Shown here one piece after another: positions 10,895 through 20,173 of a stretch of DNA of 64,000 nucleotides. Source of the stretch: an uncultured beta proteobacterium (lineage in GTDB: Bacteria > Pseudomonadota > Gammaproteobacteria > Burkholderiales > Burkholderiaceae_C); contig CAIKVZ010000293.1 in NCBI GenBank assembly GCA_903830985.1, positions 3,785 through 67,784 of the forward strand. Direction: 5' to 3'. Numbering within the stretch: position 1 is the stretch's first letter; every line of letters begins with the position of its first letter. Under the pieces are notes generated by a model. That model made no database searches. It saw nothing but the letters and a program-made list of their open reading frames with translations, and was not told the DNA's origin. The position numbers and the translations under genes were made by a program.

Positions 10895-13764
10895 AGCAGG
10901 CGCAACAACTCGGCCTCGGGCGCGGGTCGCCCAAACAGATAGCCCTGGTAAGACTGGCAGCCCAGGGCCTGCAAAAATTCACGCTGCCCCTGGGTCTCCA
11001 CGCCTTCGGCCACCACATCCAGACCCAGGCTGTGCGCCAAGGTCACGATGGTGCGCGCAATGGCCGCAGCGTTGTTGTCGGTGAGCACATTGCAGACAAA
11101 GGAGCGGTCGATCTTGAGTTGCTCCAACGGCAGGCGGTTCAGATAGGCCAGGGACGAATAGCCGGTGCCGAAATCGTCCAGCGCAAATCCCACGCCGTGG
11201 CGCTTGAGGGCCGCCATCTTCTCGATGATGTCCTCCACGTCATTGAGCAGCAGGCTCTCGGTCAGCTCCAGTTTGAGCCGGGACGCCGGCGCGCGGGTCT
11301 GCTCCAGCACGGACAGCACCTGCGTGGCAAAGTCGTCCTGGCGGATCTGCGCGGCGCTCACGTTCACCGCCAGGTGCAGGTGCGCGGTGCGCGCGTCCTG
11401 CGACCAGACGGCAAGGCGCTCGCAGGCCAGTTGCAGCACGCGCTGGCCCAGCGGCAGGATCAGACCGGTCTGCTCGGCCACGCCAATGAAGTCTCCCGGC
11501 ATCACCATGGCGCGCTGCGCCGGCTGCCAGCGCACCAGCGCTTCAGCACCCACCAGTCGCGCGTCGTGGTCCACCACCGGCTGAAAGTGCAGCAGCAGTT
11601 CGTCGCGCTGCAAGGCCACGCGCAAGTCGGCTTCGACCTGCACCCGCTCGGACACCGAGCGCTGCATCGCCGGGTCGAAAAAACGCAAGGTGTTGCGACC
11701 TGCCGACTTGGACTGGTACATCGCCAGATCGGCCTGCTTGAGCAACTCCTCCACGCTGTGCGGACCACCGTCAAACAGCGTCACGCCGATGCTGGGCGAG
11801 CTCAGGTGCAGCTTGCCCCCCACATGAAACGGCGCGTGAAAGGCGCCAAGAATTTTGTCGCCCACAGCCTGCGCATGCAGCGTGGCTTCCGCCGGGACCG
11901 CGCTCAGACCTTCGACCATGACGATGAACTCGTCGCCACCCAGACGCGACACGGTGTCAATGGCGCGGACACACTGACACAGTCGCAGCGCCACCTGACG
12001 CAGCAATTCGTCGCCGATGTCGTGCCCCATGGTGTCGTTGAGCGTCTTGAAATTGTCCAGATCGATGAATAGCAGCGCGCCCTGGGTCTGGTGCCGTTGT
12101 GCCGATTCCAGCGCCTTGCCCAGGCGGTCCAGCATCAGGCGCCGGTTCGGCAAGGTCGTGAGCGGATCGTAGAACGCCAGGCTGAGCGTGGCCTGCTCGG
12201 CCAGCTTGCGTTCGGTGATGTTTTGACCGACACCACGGTAGCCGCAGAACGTACCGTCGCCGGCAAAGATCGGCAGTCCGCTGATCGACACCCAGTAAGG
12301 CGCACCCTTACCATCGAGTCGATGTAACTCCAGATGACGAAAGTCCTGATGGGCACGCAGCACGTCATGGTGTTCCTCCCAGTCGAGTTCGTTCATGTTG
12401 AGCGCCCCCAGGGCCCAGCGCGTCATGCCGATCACTTCGAGTTGGGGCATGCCGGCCTTGTGCGCATCAAAGCCGTCAAAGCGCACGAAGCGAAACTGCT
12501 CGTCCATCTCCCAATACCAGTCCGAAGACAGTTGGGTCAGGCCGCGAAACCGCTCTTCGCTGGCGCTCAAGGCCTGTTTGGTTTCGAAATAATCGGTCAC
12601 ATCGGAGAATGTGCGCACCCAGCCGCCGTCGGCCACGATCTTGCTCTTGACTTCGAGAAAGCGCCCGCTGCGCGTCTTGCGCCAGTAGTTCACCGGCAAG
12701 TCCGTCTTGCTCAGTGCGCCATGCTGAAATTCTGCCGCCAGGTGCTGGCGCACGCCGGGAAAGGCCAGGCTGTACTCCTCGCCGAAGTCGCCGCGGTCGC
12801 GCTGCAGCTGAAAGACCTCGCGAATATTCGGGTTTCGCGCCATCAACTCGACCGGCAGCTCCAGCAACTCGCACAGCCGCTGGTTGTAGTGCAGCACCGT
12901 GCCGTCCGCGGCGATGCGCAAGATGCCCTGGGAGATGCTGGCCATGGACAGCTCCAGCAGCTGCGACTTGTGCGCCAGCTGCTGCGCTGCCACGCGCAAT
13001 TGTTCTTCCGCCTTGTGCGCATAGGACACATCCATCACCGTGCCGCAAACGCGCAGCGGCTCACCCTGCGCGTCGCACTGCACGACGCGGCCGTGGCTGA
13101 GCACCCAGACCCAGTGGCCGAGCTTGTGGCGCACGCGGTACTCCCAGCGCAGCAGGCTGGCAGGGCCCAGACTCCCTGCCGCAGCCAGCAGATGCGGCAA
13201 GTCCTCGGGGTGGATGCGCTGCTGCAACAGGGTGGAGTTCCAGACCAACTCATCAGGGGCAAAGCCCAGCATGGCGCAGGCGCGGTCGCTCAGTGCCAGG
13301 GCGCCGCTGTCCTGCCAGCGCTCCCACCAGCCCATGTCGGCGTGGGTCAGTGCCAGATCGAGACGTTCGCTGATGTCTTGCAGCCGAGCCGTGGTCTGGG
13401 AGCGCAGCATGGCGGCCTGCACCTGCGCGGCCAGCATGGCCAGCCAGGCGCCAGCGGGGTCGATCAGCACGTAATCGGTAAAGCCCTCGGACAAGGCGCG
13501 CGACGCCGCAAACTCCTGTCCCGGGCTGATGCAGATCAGCGTGGGCGCCAAACCCAGAACGTCGCACAGATCGAAGGCGTTGCCGTCGACCAGCTTGTAG
13601 CGCACCAGCACGACGTCAAAGCTGCCCTGTGCCAGTGCTTGCTGCGCCTGGGATACGCCCGAAGCGGTTTCCACATGCCAGGCCAAGCCCTGATCCGCCA
13701 CGGCCGCTGTCAGCGCCTGGGCGCAGTGGACCTCACTCTCAACGAGCAACAGGGCGATGGACAT
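10864..13764 (-). CDS. Multidomain c-di-GMP protein: degenerate receiver, three PAS-like regions, GGDEF, EAL
   Basis: 966-aa ORF. GGDEF block [16 protein letters not shown] includes an RxxD I-site 5 residues upstream. EAL blocks [23 protein letters not shown]. Confidence 0.9.
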   Translation of the reverse strand: MSIALLLVESEVHCAQALTAAVADQGLAWHVETASGVSQAQQALAQGSFDVVLVRYKLVDGNAFDLCDVLGLAPTLICISPGQEFAASRALSEGFTDYVLIDPAGAWLAMLAAQVQAAMLRSQTTARLQDISERLDLALTHADMGWWERWQDSGALALSDRACAMLGFAPDELVWNSTLLQQRIHPEDLPHLLAAAGSLGPASLLRWEYRVRHKLGHWVWVLSHGRVVQCDAQGEPLRVCGTVMDVSYAHKAEEQLRVAAQQLAHKSQLLELSMASISQGILRIAADGTVLHYNQRLCELLELPVELMARNPNIREVFQLQRDRGDFGEEYSLAFPGVRQHLAAEFQHGALSKTDLPVNYWRKTRSGRFLEVKSKIVADGGWVRTFSDVTDYFETKQALSASEERFRGLTQLSSDWYWEMDEQFRFVRFDGFDAHKAGMPQLEVIGMTRWALGALNMNELDWEEHHDVLRAHQDFRHLELHRLDGKGAPYWVSISGLPIFAGDGTFCGYRGVGQNITERKLAEQATLSLAFYDPLTTLPNRRLMLDRLGKALESAQRHQTQGALLFIDLDNFKTLNDTMGHDIGDELLRQVALRLCQCVRAIDTVSRLGGDEFIVMVEGLSAVPAEATLHAQAVGDKILGAFHAPFHVGGKLHLSSPSIGVTLFDGGPHSVEELLKQADLAMYQSKSAGRNTLRFFDPAMQRSVSERVQVEADLRVALQRDELLLHFQPVVDHDARLVGAEALVRWQPAQRAMVMPGDFIGVAEQTGLILPLGQRVLQLACERLAVWSQDARTAHLHLAVNVSAAQIRQDDFATQVLSVLEQTRAPASRLKLELTESLLLNDVEDIIEKMAALKRHGVGFALDDFGTGYSSLAYLNRLPLEQLKIDRSFVCNVLTDNNAAAIARTIVTLAHSLGLDVVAEGVETQGQREFLQALGCQSYQGYLFGRPAPEAELLRLLQDCAASLPA

Positions 13765-13812
13765 GGGCTGGAAAATACCACAGTCCGCCCCCCTTGAGAC
13801 CTGTACTCCCGG

Positions 13813-14403
13813 CTACTTCACACCGACCGCGTCGGTGACGCGGTAGTACAGGCCATAGCTGTCATCATTCAGCACCAGAAAACGCCCCTCCACCACCACC
13901 GGCTCCAAGGTGTATTTGACCGGCGTCTTGGTCTTGACTTCGACCATGCTTTCGGGACCGCCGGGGGTGCAGAACGAGCAGGTCATGGGAACCGAGGTGA
14001 GCAGAAAGTGCTTCTGTTTTTCCCCCGGCTCCAGCGGCATCATGAAACCCTGAATGCGCTGACTCTTCTGGTTCAGCGCCATCTGGCTGACCGTGAACAC
14101 GGGCAGTATGCGGTTCTTTTCCGCCTTGGTCTTGACGTCGGTCAGCACCGACCAGGGCACGACGTCGGCGCGCTCGTTCAAGGGCGCAAACGGGCTGTTC
14201 GGGCTGTGCACGCCGGGGCCGCTGCCGCCGGGCAGGTCGATGCTGGCAGGCGCGGCCTGGGCCGCTGCAGCTTTGGCGGGTGCCGCCTTGGACGCGCCAC
14301 CCAGCGGCGAACTCAGCTGCGCCTGCGCCGCGCCCAGGCACAGCAAGCTGGCCGCGATGGCCATCTTGCCCAGACCCCGAATGGAAATAATTTCAGTGTT
14401 CAT
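13813..14403 (-). CDS. Exported DUF3299-like protein (last gene of the ABC operon)
   Basis: 196-aa ORF with signal-like MAIAASLLCLGAAQAQ. The C-terminal pattern QGFMMPLEPGEKQKHFLLTSVPMTCSFCTPGGPESMVEV is as I remember for DUF3299. Overlaps the upstream small ORF by 11 nt. Confidence 0.7.
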   Translation of the reverse strand: MNTEIISIRGLGKMAIAASLLCLGAAQAQLSSPLGGASKAAPAKAAAAQAAPASIDLPGGSGPGVHSPNSPFAPLNERADVVPWSVLTDVKTKAEKNRILPVFTVSQMALNQKSQRIQGFMMPLEPGEKQKHFLLTSVPMTCSFCTPGGPESMVEVKTKTPVKYTLEPVVVEGRFLVLNDDSYGLYYRVTDAVGVK

Positions 14404-14635
14404 GTTTCATCCCGCAGTATTTTCCGATGGCCAAGCCCTTGCACGCGGCCTGCAATTCCTTCTCGCAAACCTCGTCCTTCTTGCCCGACTCCAGGCACTT
14501 GGCCGCGGCTTCATGCGCCGCCGCCATGGCACGGTGCCGGGCGATATCTTCCTTCATTTCCTTGTCGCTGTGCTGCGCCCAGACGCCGCCTGCGGCCAAA
14601 AACAAGGCAAGACCCAAGGTGTGATGCAGTTTCAT
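14393..14635 (-). CDS. Small exported helical Cys/His-containing protein, function unknown
   Basis: 80-aa ORF with signal peptide MKLHHTLGLALFLAAGGVWA-QH. The mature part has 4 Cys and ends GMKHEH. It sits in the operon between the permease and the DUF3299 gene. Confidence 0.6.
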   Translation of the reverse strand: MKLHHTLGLALFLAAGGVWAQHSDKEMKEDIARHRAMAAAHEAAAKCLESGKKDEVCEKELQAACKGLAIGKYCGMKHEH

Positions 14636-14657
14636 GTGCGTGGTTCCAATTGAATAA

Positions 14658-15872
14658 TCAGCGTTCGTTCAACAGCGTCAGCGGGTCCAGCCGGTACGCC
14701 GCCCAGGTGGGCAGCAGCGCCGCCAGCAGCGCCACGCCCCCAGCCAGCACCGGCACCGCCCATTCTCCCTCGACCCAGGTCCAGCCGGTGACCGAGAGGG
14801 ATTGTTGCCCTTGCAGCAACAAGCCTATCAGTCCGGTCAGGGCGTGGCCTGCCAGCATGCCCAACAGCGATGCCAGCAGCGCCAGCCACAGCGCCTCGCA
14901 CAGCAGCAGCGCAGCGACCCGCCTGCGCGGCGCGCCCAGCATGCGCAGCATGGCAAGATCGGCGCGGCGCTCCCGCACGGCATTCCACAGGGCGATGAAC
15001 ACGCTCACCGCGGCTGTCAGCAACAGCACCGCGCCAAAGCCGCGCAGCACCTCCGTGCCCACGCCCACCATGTGCAGCAGCCGGGTGATTTCCACCGCCG
15101 GCGCCGCCGCCTGCATGTTGGTGCTGCTGTTGACATAGCGCGGAAAACTCACCGCCGCCATCGGACTTTTGTAGCGGATCAGCGCCAGGGTGATCTCGCG
15201 CTCAGCTTCCAGCGCCGCGAGGTCCTCGGCGTCCAGCGGTGTGTCACCTTCGTAGGCCTTTTCATGCACCTGCCAGACTGATTCGGTGGCCGTCAGCACC
15301 AGGCGGTCGAGCACGCAGGCGCAGGGCTTGAGCACGCCGCGCACCCGGTACGGGTTGTCGCCATGGCTGTGGCCGCCGGCCCCCAGACCGTGCGTGCCGA
15401 CAAACCGCTGTCCGATCTGCAAGCCCGTGGCCAGCGCCACCTGCGTGCCGATCACCACCTGCATGGGCTGGTTCCAGAGTTCTCCCACGTCCAATTCAGC
15501 GCCGTAGTGCGTGATGTAGTCGGTCGTGGTGCCGACGATGCGAAAGCCGCGAAAGCTGTCGCCCAGGCTCAGCGGAATCAGTTCGGCAACCTGCGGGTTC
15601 TTTTGCAGTTCGCGGACCTCGGACAAGGCAATATTTCCCGGCGGCACGTCAAGGTGAAAAACCCCGGCCAGGATCAGCTGCATCGGGCTGCCCTTGGCGC
15701 CGACGACCAGGTCGATGCCCGCCAGGTCGCGCTCAAAGGCGTGGTCGATCTGTTCGCGCGTGAGCAGCACCATGGTGATGGACGCCAGGCCCAGCGCCAG
15801 CAGCAACAGGTTCAGCGCTGCGGCCAGCGGACGCGACCACAGGTAGCGAAAGGACAAAGCCAGCGTCTTCAT
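14658..15872 (-). CDS. ABC transporter permease, FtsX/MacB-like
   Basis: 404-aa ORF with an N-terminal TM, a large periplasmic loop and three C-terminal TM helices (layout of FtsX-type permeases). Its 4-nt overlap with the ATPase gene suggests coupling. Confidence 0.85.
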   Translation of the reverse strand: MKTLALSFRYLWSRPLAAALNLLLLALGLASITMVLLTREQIDHAFERDLAGIDLVVGAKGSPMQLILAGVFHLDVPPGNIALSEVRELQKNPQVAELIPLSLGDSFRGFRIVGTTTDYITHYGAELDVGELWNQPMQVVIGTQVALATGLQIGQRFVGTHGLGAGGHSHGDNPYRVRGVLKPCACVLDRLVLTATESVWQVHEKAYEGDTPLDAEDLAALEAEREITLALIRYKSPMAAVSFPRYVNSSTNMQAAAPAVEITRLLHMVGVGTEVLRGFGAVLLLTAAVSVFIALWNAVRERRADLAMLRMLGAPRRRVAALLLCEALWLALLASLLGMLAGHALTGLIGLLLQGQQSLSVTGWTWVEGEWAVPVLAGGVALLAALLPTWAAYRLDPLTLLNER

Positions 15873-16534
15873 GCGGCCACCGCCTCTTGCGTTGCGGCCT
15901 GGCTCAGGCGCAGTGTCAGCGCCTGCGGCAGCGCCGCAGCAACGCGGGCGTCGTGCGTGGCGATCACCAGCGTGGCGTTGCAGCGGGCAGCGCTGTCTTG
16001 CAGCAGCTTGACGGCCAGGGCTGCGGCCTCGTCGTCCAGGCTGGCCGTGGGTTCGTCCGCCAGGATCACCATGGGATGGAGCAACACGGCGCGCGCCAGC
16101 GCGACGCGCTGCGCCTGCCCGCCGGACAGCTGCTGCGGTCGGCGCTGCGCCAGATCGGCCACGCCCAGGGCTTGCAGCGCACGGTTGATTTCCCAGCGGT
16201 CCGGTGGCAAGCCAGCGGCAAAATAGACCAGGCCCAGGTTGTCCTGCACGTTCAAGGCACCGGTGAGGTGCAGCCTCTGCGGCAAAAAGCCCAGCTTGCG
16301 GGCACGCCAGGCGTCACGCGCTGCACCACCGATGGCCATCAAATCCTGTCCGGCCACGCTGATCGTGCCGCCGGCCGCGCTCAACAAGCCCGCGGCGAGC
16401 GCCAGCCAGGTCGACTTGCCGCTGCCCGAATTGCCGCGCAGCAGCAAGGTGGCGCCCTGCGGCAGGTCGACGTCGGGAAATAACAAGGGAGTGCCCTTGG
16501 GGTAACGGTAGCTCAGGGCTTGGGTGCGGATCAT
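15869..16534 (-). CDS. ABC transporter ATP-binding protein
   Basis: 221-aa ORF with Walker A GNSGSGKST, signature LSGGQAQRVALARA and Walker B ILADEPT. Confidence 0.9.
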   Translation of the reverse strand: MIRTQALSYRYPKGTPLLFPDVDLPQGATLLLRGNSGSGKSTWLALAAGLLSAAGGTISVAGQDLMAIGGAARDAWRARKLGFLPQRLHLTGALNVQDNLGLVYFAAGLPPDRWEINRALQALGVADLAQRRPQQLSGGQAQRVALARAVLLHPMVILADEPTASLDDEAAALAVKLLQDSAARCNATLVIATHDARVAAALPQALTLRLSQAATQEAVAA

Positions 16535-16725
16535 AGGGGGGCGATCTTAGTCCTTGTGTGTGAAGATTTCGTGTGCCAAGCCCTTGGGGCAGTGCTGGCA
16601 ACGAAGGTTCCCGAATGCGCCAACTAAAACGCAAGTTTCAGTGCAGGCTAACAATTGCCCGCAGGGCTTGTTAGGCCGGAACTACACTCGCCCAGCGTCC
16701 GAACTGGGCGCGGCTGGAGTCCTGC

Positions 16726-17601
16726 TTGTCCTATTCCCATCTTCTGCTGGCGTTGTCCGTCGTTTTTATCTGGGGAACGAACTTCGTTGTCATTCGCTGG
16801 GGGCTCGACGGTTTGCCACCCCTGCTGTTTGCCACGTTGCGCTTTGCCTTTTCCGCCCTGCCCTGGCTGCTCTTCATCCCCCGACCGGCTGTGCCCTGGT
16901 ACAAGCTGGCGCTGTTTGGCGTGCTGCTGGGCGGCCAGTTCGCCCTGATGTTTCTGGCCATACGCGCCGACATCTCGCCGGGCCTGGCTTCGCTGGTGAT
17001 CCAGGTGCAGGTGTTCTTCACCATCGGCCTGTCCCTGCTGATGCTGGGCGAGCGCGTGCGCGGCTACCAGTTGGTCGGGCTGCTGCTGGGGGTGGCCGGA
17101 CTGGCGGTGATCGCCTCGCACATCGACGCCACGCTCACGCCCAAGGGCATCGGCCTGATGGTGACGGCAGCCTTGTTCTGGGCCAGCGCGAACATGGTGG
17201 TCAAGACCGTGGGGCGGGTCGACATGCTGGGCTTCATGGTCTGGACCTGTTTGTTTGCCGTGCCGCCGTTGCTGGCCCTGTCGTGGTGGGTGGAAGGTCC
17301 GACCCTGATGCTGAGCAGCGTGCAGCAAGCCAGCGCCACGGTCTGGGCCTGCGTGCTGTGGCAGGCGGTGGGCAATTCGCTATACGGCTACGGCGCCTGG
17401 AACTGGTTGCTGGCGCGCCACCCTGCGGCCACCGTCACGCCGCTGGCGCTGCTCGTTCCCGTGTTCGGTATGGGCGCCTCGGCATTGTCGCTGGGCGAGT
17501 CGTTGCCCGGCTGGAAGCTCGGCGCGGCCGCTCTGGTGCTGTGCGGCCTGGCGGTGATCGTGCTGTGGCCGAGATGGCGCGCCAGGCTGAGCCGGACTTG
17601 A
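16726..17601 (+). CDS. EamA/DMT-family transporter
   Basis: 291-aa ORF with ten hydrophobic segments. The start MSYSHLLLALSVVFIWGTNFVVIRWG is typical of EamA domains. Confidence 0.85.
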   Translation: MSYSHLLLALSVVFIWGTNFVVIRWGLDGLPPLLFATLRFAFSALPWLLFIPRPAVPWYKLALFGVLLGGQFALMFLAIRADISPGLASLVIQVQVFFTIGLSLLMLGERVRGYQLVGLLLGVAGLAVIASHIDATLTPKGIGLMVTAALFWASANMVVKTVGRVDMLGFMVWTCLFAVPPLLALSWWVEGPTLMLSSVQQASATVWACVLWQAVGNSLYGYGAWNWLLARHPAATVTPLALLVPVFGMGASALSLGESLPGWKLGAAALVLCGLAVIVLWPRWRARLSRT

Positions 17602-17676
17602 GTTGTGCGGCGCGTGCCTCGGGCGCAGCCAAAACACCGGCGATAATTCCTGCCAGTCTGACACCTTCGGAGCTCG

Positions 17677-19587
17677 ATGCACATACGTCATGGCCTGCTG
17701 ATACTTGGGACGCTGCTGTGCCTCATGACGCAGCACGCCTGGGCGCAGTCCGAGCCGCGGCTGGCGCTGCTGATTGGCAACTCGGCGTACCGGTCCTCAC
17801 CCCTGGCCAACCCGGTGAACGATGTGCGGCTCATGGAGAGCGCGCTCAAGGAAACCGGCTTCACCGTGATCAAGGCCGAAAACGCGTCGATACGCGAGAT
17901 GCGTCGACTGGTACGCGACTTTGGCGACAAGTTGAAGGCCTCGGGCGGCGTGGGACTGTTCTATTTCGCGGGCCACGGCGTGCAGGTGCGCGGCGAAAAT
18001 TATCTGGTCTCGACCGATTCGGACATCCGCAACGAGGACGAGGTGGCCGACGATTCGATCAATGCCAGCGTCATCCTGGAAAAGATGCAGGGCGCGGGCA
18101 ACCGCATGAACCTGATCGTGCTCGACGCCTGCCGCAACAACCCCTTCGCCGTGAAATCGCGCAGCGCCGCGTCGGGCCTGGCCACCATGAGCGCGCCCAG
18201 CGGCTCGCTCGTCGCCTACGCCACGGCGCCGGGTTCGGTGGCGTCGGACGGGAGCGGCAACAACGGCCTGTACACCCAGCATCTGGCCAAGGTGATTCGC
18301 CAACCGGGGCTGCCTGTGGAAGAGGTTTTCAAGCAGGTGCGCGCCGCCGTGCGCCGTGCCAGCAACAACCAGCAGACACCCTGGGAAAACACCGCGCTGG
18401 AGGGCCAGTTCTACTTCAAGGCGCCGCCGGTGCAGGCCGAAGCCTTGCCGGCACCGGTGGCCGCGCGCCCGCCGTCCAATGAACCGGCGACGCTGGAGCT
18501 GATGCTGTGGGAGAGCGCCAAGAGCGCGACCACTTTGGGTGAATTGCAGGCCTACCTGAACCGTTACCCGAACGGCTTTTTCGCCGACATGGCGAAGGCG
18601 CGCATGGCGGCGCTGGGCGGTGTCGCCAACGACAAGGCGGCCGCGGAAAGGATCGCCAATGAGCGGGCTGAGTCCCAGCGCGCTGCGGCCGAGCGCGACG
18701 CGCAGGCGGCCAGACTGAAGACCGCCAACGAGTTTGCCACGGCGCAAGCCAGCCGAAAGGACGCAGAGGAACGCGCAGCGGCAGGCGCGAAACTGCAGAC
18801 TGCCGCCGAGCGTGCCGCAACTGAAGCGAAGCTGAAATCTGCGTCGGATCGTGTTGCAAATGAGGAAGCTCAGGCGGCGCAACAGTCTGCTGCAGCTTTG
18901 GCATTGGCAGTCGACCAGTGGAGTTGGGAGAAAATTCGCTTCAGCCAGAACCGGACTGAACTCGAGGCCTACCTGATGCAATTCCCGGACGGAAGCTTTT
19001 CTGCAGTGGCTAGGAGCCGGTTGGCACAGCTTGGAGCGGCACCGGCAACGCTTGCGCCCGGTCCAGTGCAGGCAGCGGCACCGAAGGCGGGCGACGTGAT
19101 CGGCACGATGGTGCTGACGGATACGCTCACGGGAATCAAGAGCGAGCTGGAAGTCACCGTGCTTGAGGCCGATGCGCAGAAGATCATGTACTCGACGGGG
19201 GATGTGATTGGAAGGGACGGCAAGGTATTGCAGGTCCGTGTCGGAGAAGTTGTGCTGGAACTCTTGTCTGGATCACTGTGGACAGTGCCGATAAAGGCCG
19301 GAGCGTCGGGCGAGGCCACAGTTCGCACGGGGATTGCTGCGGGCAGCCAGAAGGGCGAGTTGCAATGGAAGACATTGGATGCAGGCAATGGCAAGATCCG
19401 CGTTGATTCGACTGTTCAATATAGGGTGACGAACTCTAACGGAATCACGAATTTGGGGTCTGGGAATTGGCTGGCAAGCTACGTCAGCGGCCAACCAATT
19501 CCTGAGTCTTTTTCCACGAATATCAGAGGCGGAGCGGCTGCCAACGCCATCTTCAATTTATTCACGGCCGAACTGAAATTTCATTGA
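17677..19587 (+). CDS. Exported caspase-fold (peptidase C14) protein A: signal peptide, C14 domain, helical motif, Ala/Glu/Arg coiled coil, second helical motif, beta-rich C-terminal domain
   Basis: 636-aa ORF with signal LLILGTLLCLMTQHAWA-QS. C14 blocks LALLIGNSAYRSSPLANPVNDV, FYFAGHG (His100), LIVLDACRNNPF (Cys152). Confidence 0.85.
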   Translation: MHIRHGLLILGTLLCLMTQHAWAQSEPRLALLIGNSAYRSSPLANPVNDVRLMESALKETGFTVIKAENASIREMRRLVRDFGDKLKASGGVGLFYFAGHGVQVRGENYLVSTDSDIRNEDEVADDSINASVILEKMQGAGNRMNLIVLDACRNNPFAVKSRSAASGLATMSAPSGSLVAYATAPGSVASDGSGNNGLYTQHLAKVIRQPGLPVEEVFKQVRAAVRRASNNQQTPWENTALEGQFYFKAPPVQAEALPAPVAARPPSNEPATLELMLWESAKSATTLGELQAYLNRYPNGFFADMAKARMAALGGVANDKAAAERIANERAESQRAAAERDAQAARLKTANEFATAQASRKDAEERAAAGAKLQTAAERAATEAKLKSASDRVANEEAQAAQQSAAALALAVDQWSWEKIRFSQNRTELEAYLMQFPDGSFSAVARSRLAQLGAAPATLAPGPVQAAAPKAGDVIGTMVLTDTLTGIKSELEVTVLEADAQKIMYSTGDVIGRDGKVLQVRVGEVVLELLSGSLWTVPIKAGASGEATVRTGIAAGSQKGELQWKTLDAGNGKIRVDSTVQYRVTNSNGITNLGSGNWLASYVSGQPIPESFSTNIRGGAAANAIFNLFTAELKFH

Positions 19588-19669
19588 TGCACCATCTTCC
19601 AGCCATCCAATCCAGTACCTCTTTGATACGCCAGCACCGACAATCCACCCCAACAGCATTGAGACAACC

Positions 19670-20164
19670 ATGACGCCACATTACCCACAACGCCTGGCCT
19701 GGATCCTGGCGCTGTCCCTCTCCCTTCTGGCCTGCGCCTCCAGCCCCGATCCGCAGCCCCTCGCGCCGCCGCAGGCCGAACTGCAGTTCGTCGATCTTCA
19801 GGGCTTTGACCGCGATCTGAATGGTTCGCTCTCGGCGCCGCTGCCCCGGGTGGAAGTGGCTTTCTACGACCGCATTGTTCCCAGCGCCATGCCCGAGCGC
19901 CTGCAGCACTGGATGGCGGCCGTGGAAGCCGGCGGTGGCAAGGTCAGCATCATTCCCGTCAAACCGACAGTGACGGCGAAGAACCCGTTTCTGGTGATCA
20001 GCGCCATCAGCACGCTGTGGAGCGCCTCCAAAATGATGCGCGAGGCCAGCAGCGAGGCCAGGTTCAAGAGTGCGCAAACCTTTGACGCCGAAATCGTTCT
20101 CAAGCAGGACGCGCAGGGCGAATCCGTGGTGGACAAGGTGGTCTTCGTACAACGCAAAAAATAG
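19670..20164 (+). CDS. Lipoprotein, function unknown
   Basis: 164-aa ORF with lipobox ALSLSLLAC-ASS. I recognise no family motif. It is in the operon, 9 nt upstream of the OmpA-like gene. Confidence 0.7.
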   Translation: MTPHYPQRLAWILALSLSLLACASSPDPQPLAPPQAELQFVDLQGFDRDLNGSLSAPLPRVEVAFYDRIVPSAMPERLQHWMAAVEAGGGKVSIIPVKPTVTAKNPFLVISAISTLWSASKMMREASSEARFKSAQTFDAEIVLKQDAQGESVVDKVVFVQRKK

Positions 20165-20173
20165 GCGGGCCCG

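Noticed and set aside
16535-16725. Metalloregulator (Zur/Fur) box or strong operator upstream of the ABC operon
   Set aside because: There is only a weak 7-bp inverted repeat (CTAACAA ... TTGTTAG, around 16648-16677) and no AT-rich 19-bp palindrome of the Fur/Zur type. This is not enough to call.
17797-18981. 394-aa minus-strand ORF, and similar ORFs at 20617-21525 and 25210-26133, opposite the caspase genes
   Set aside because: They are shadow ORFs. The plus-strand frames carry intact C14 dyads, signal peptides and operon-like junctions.
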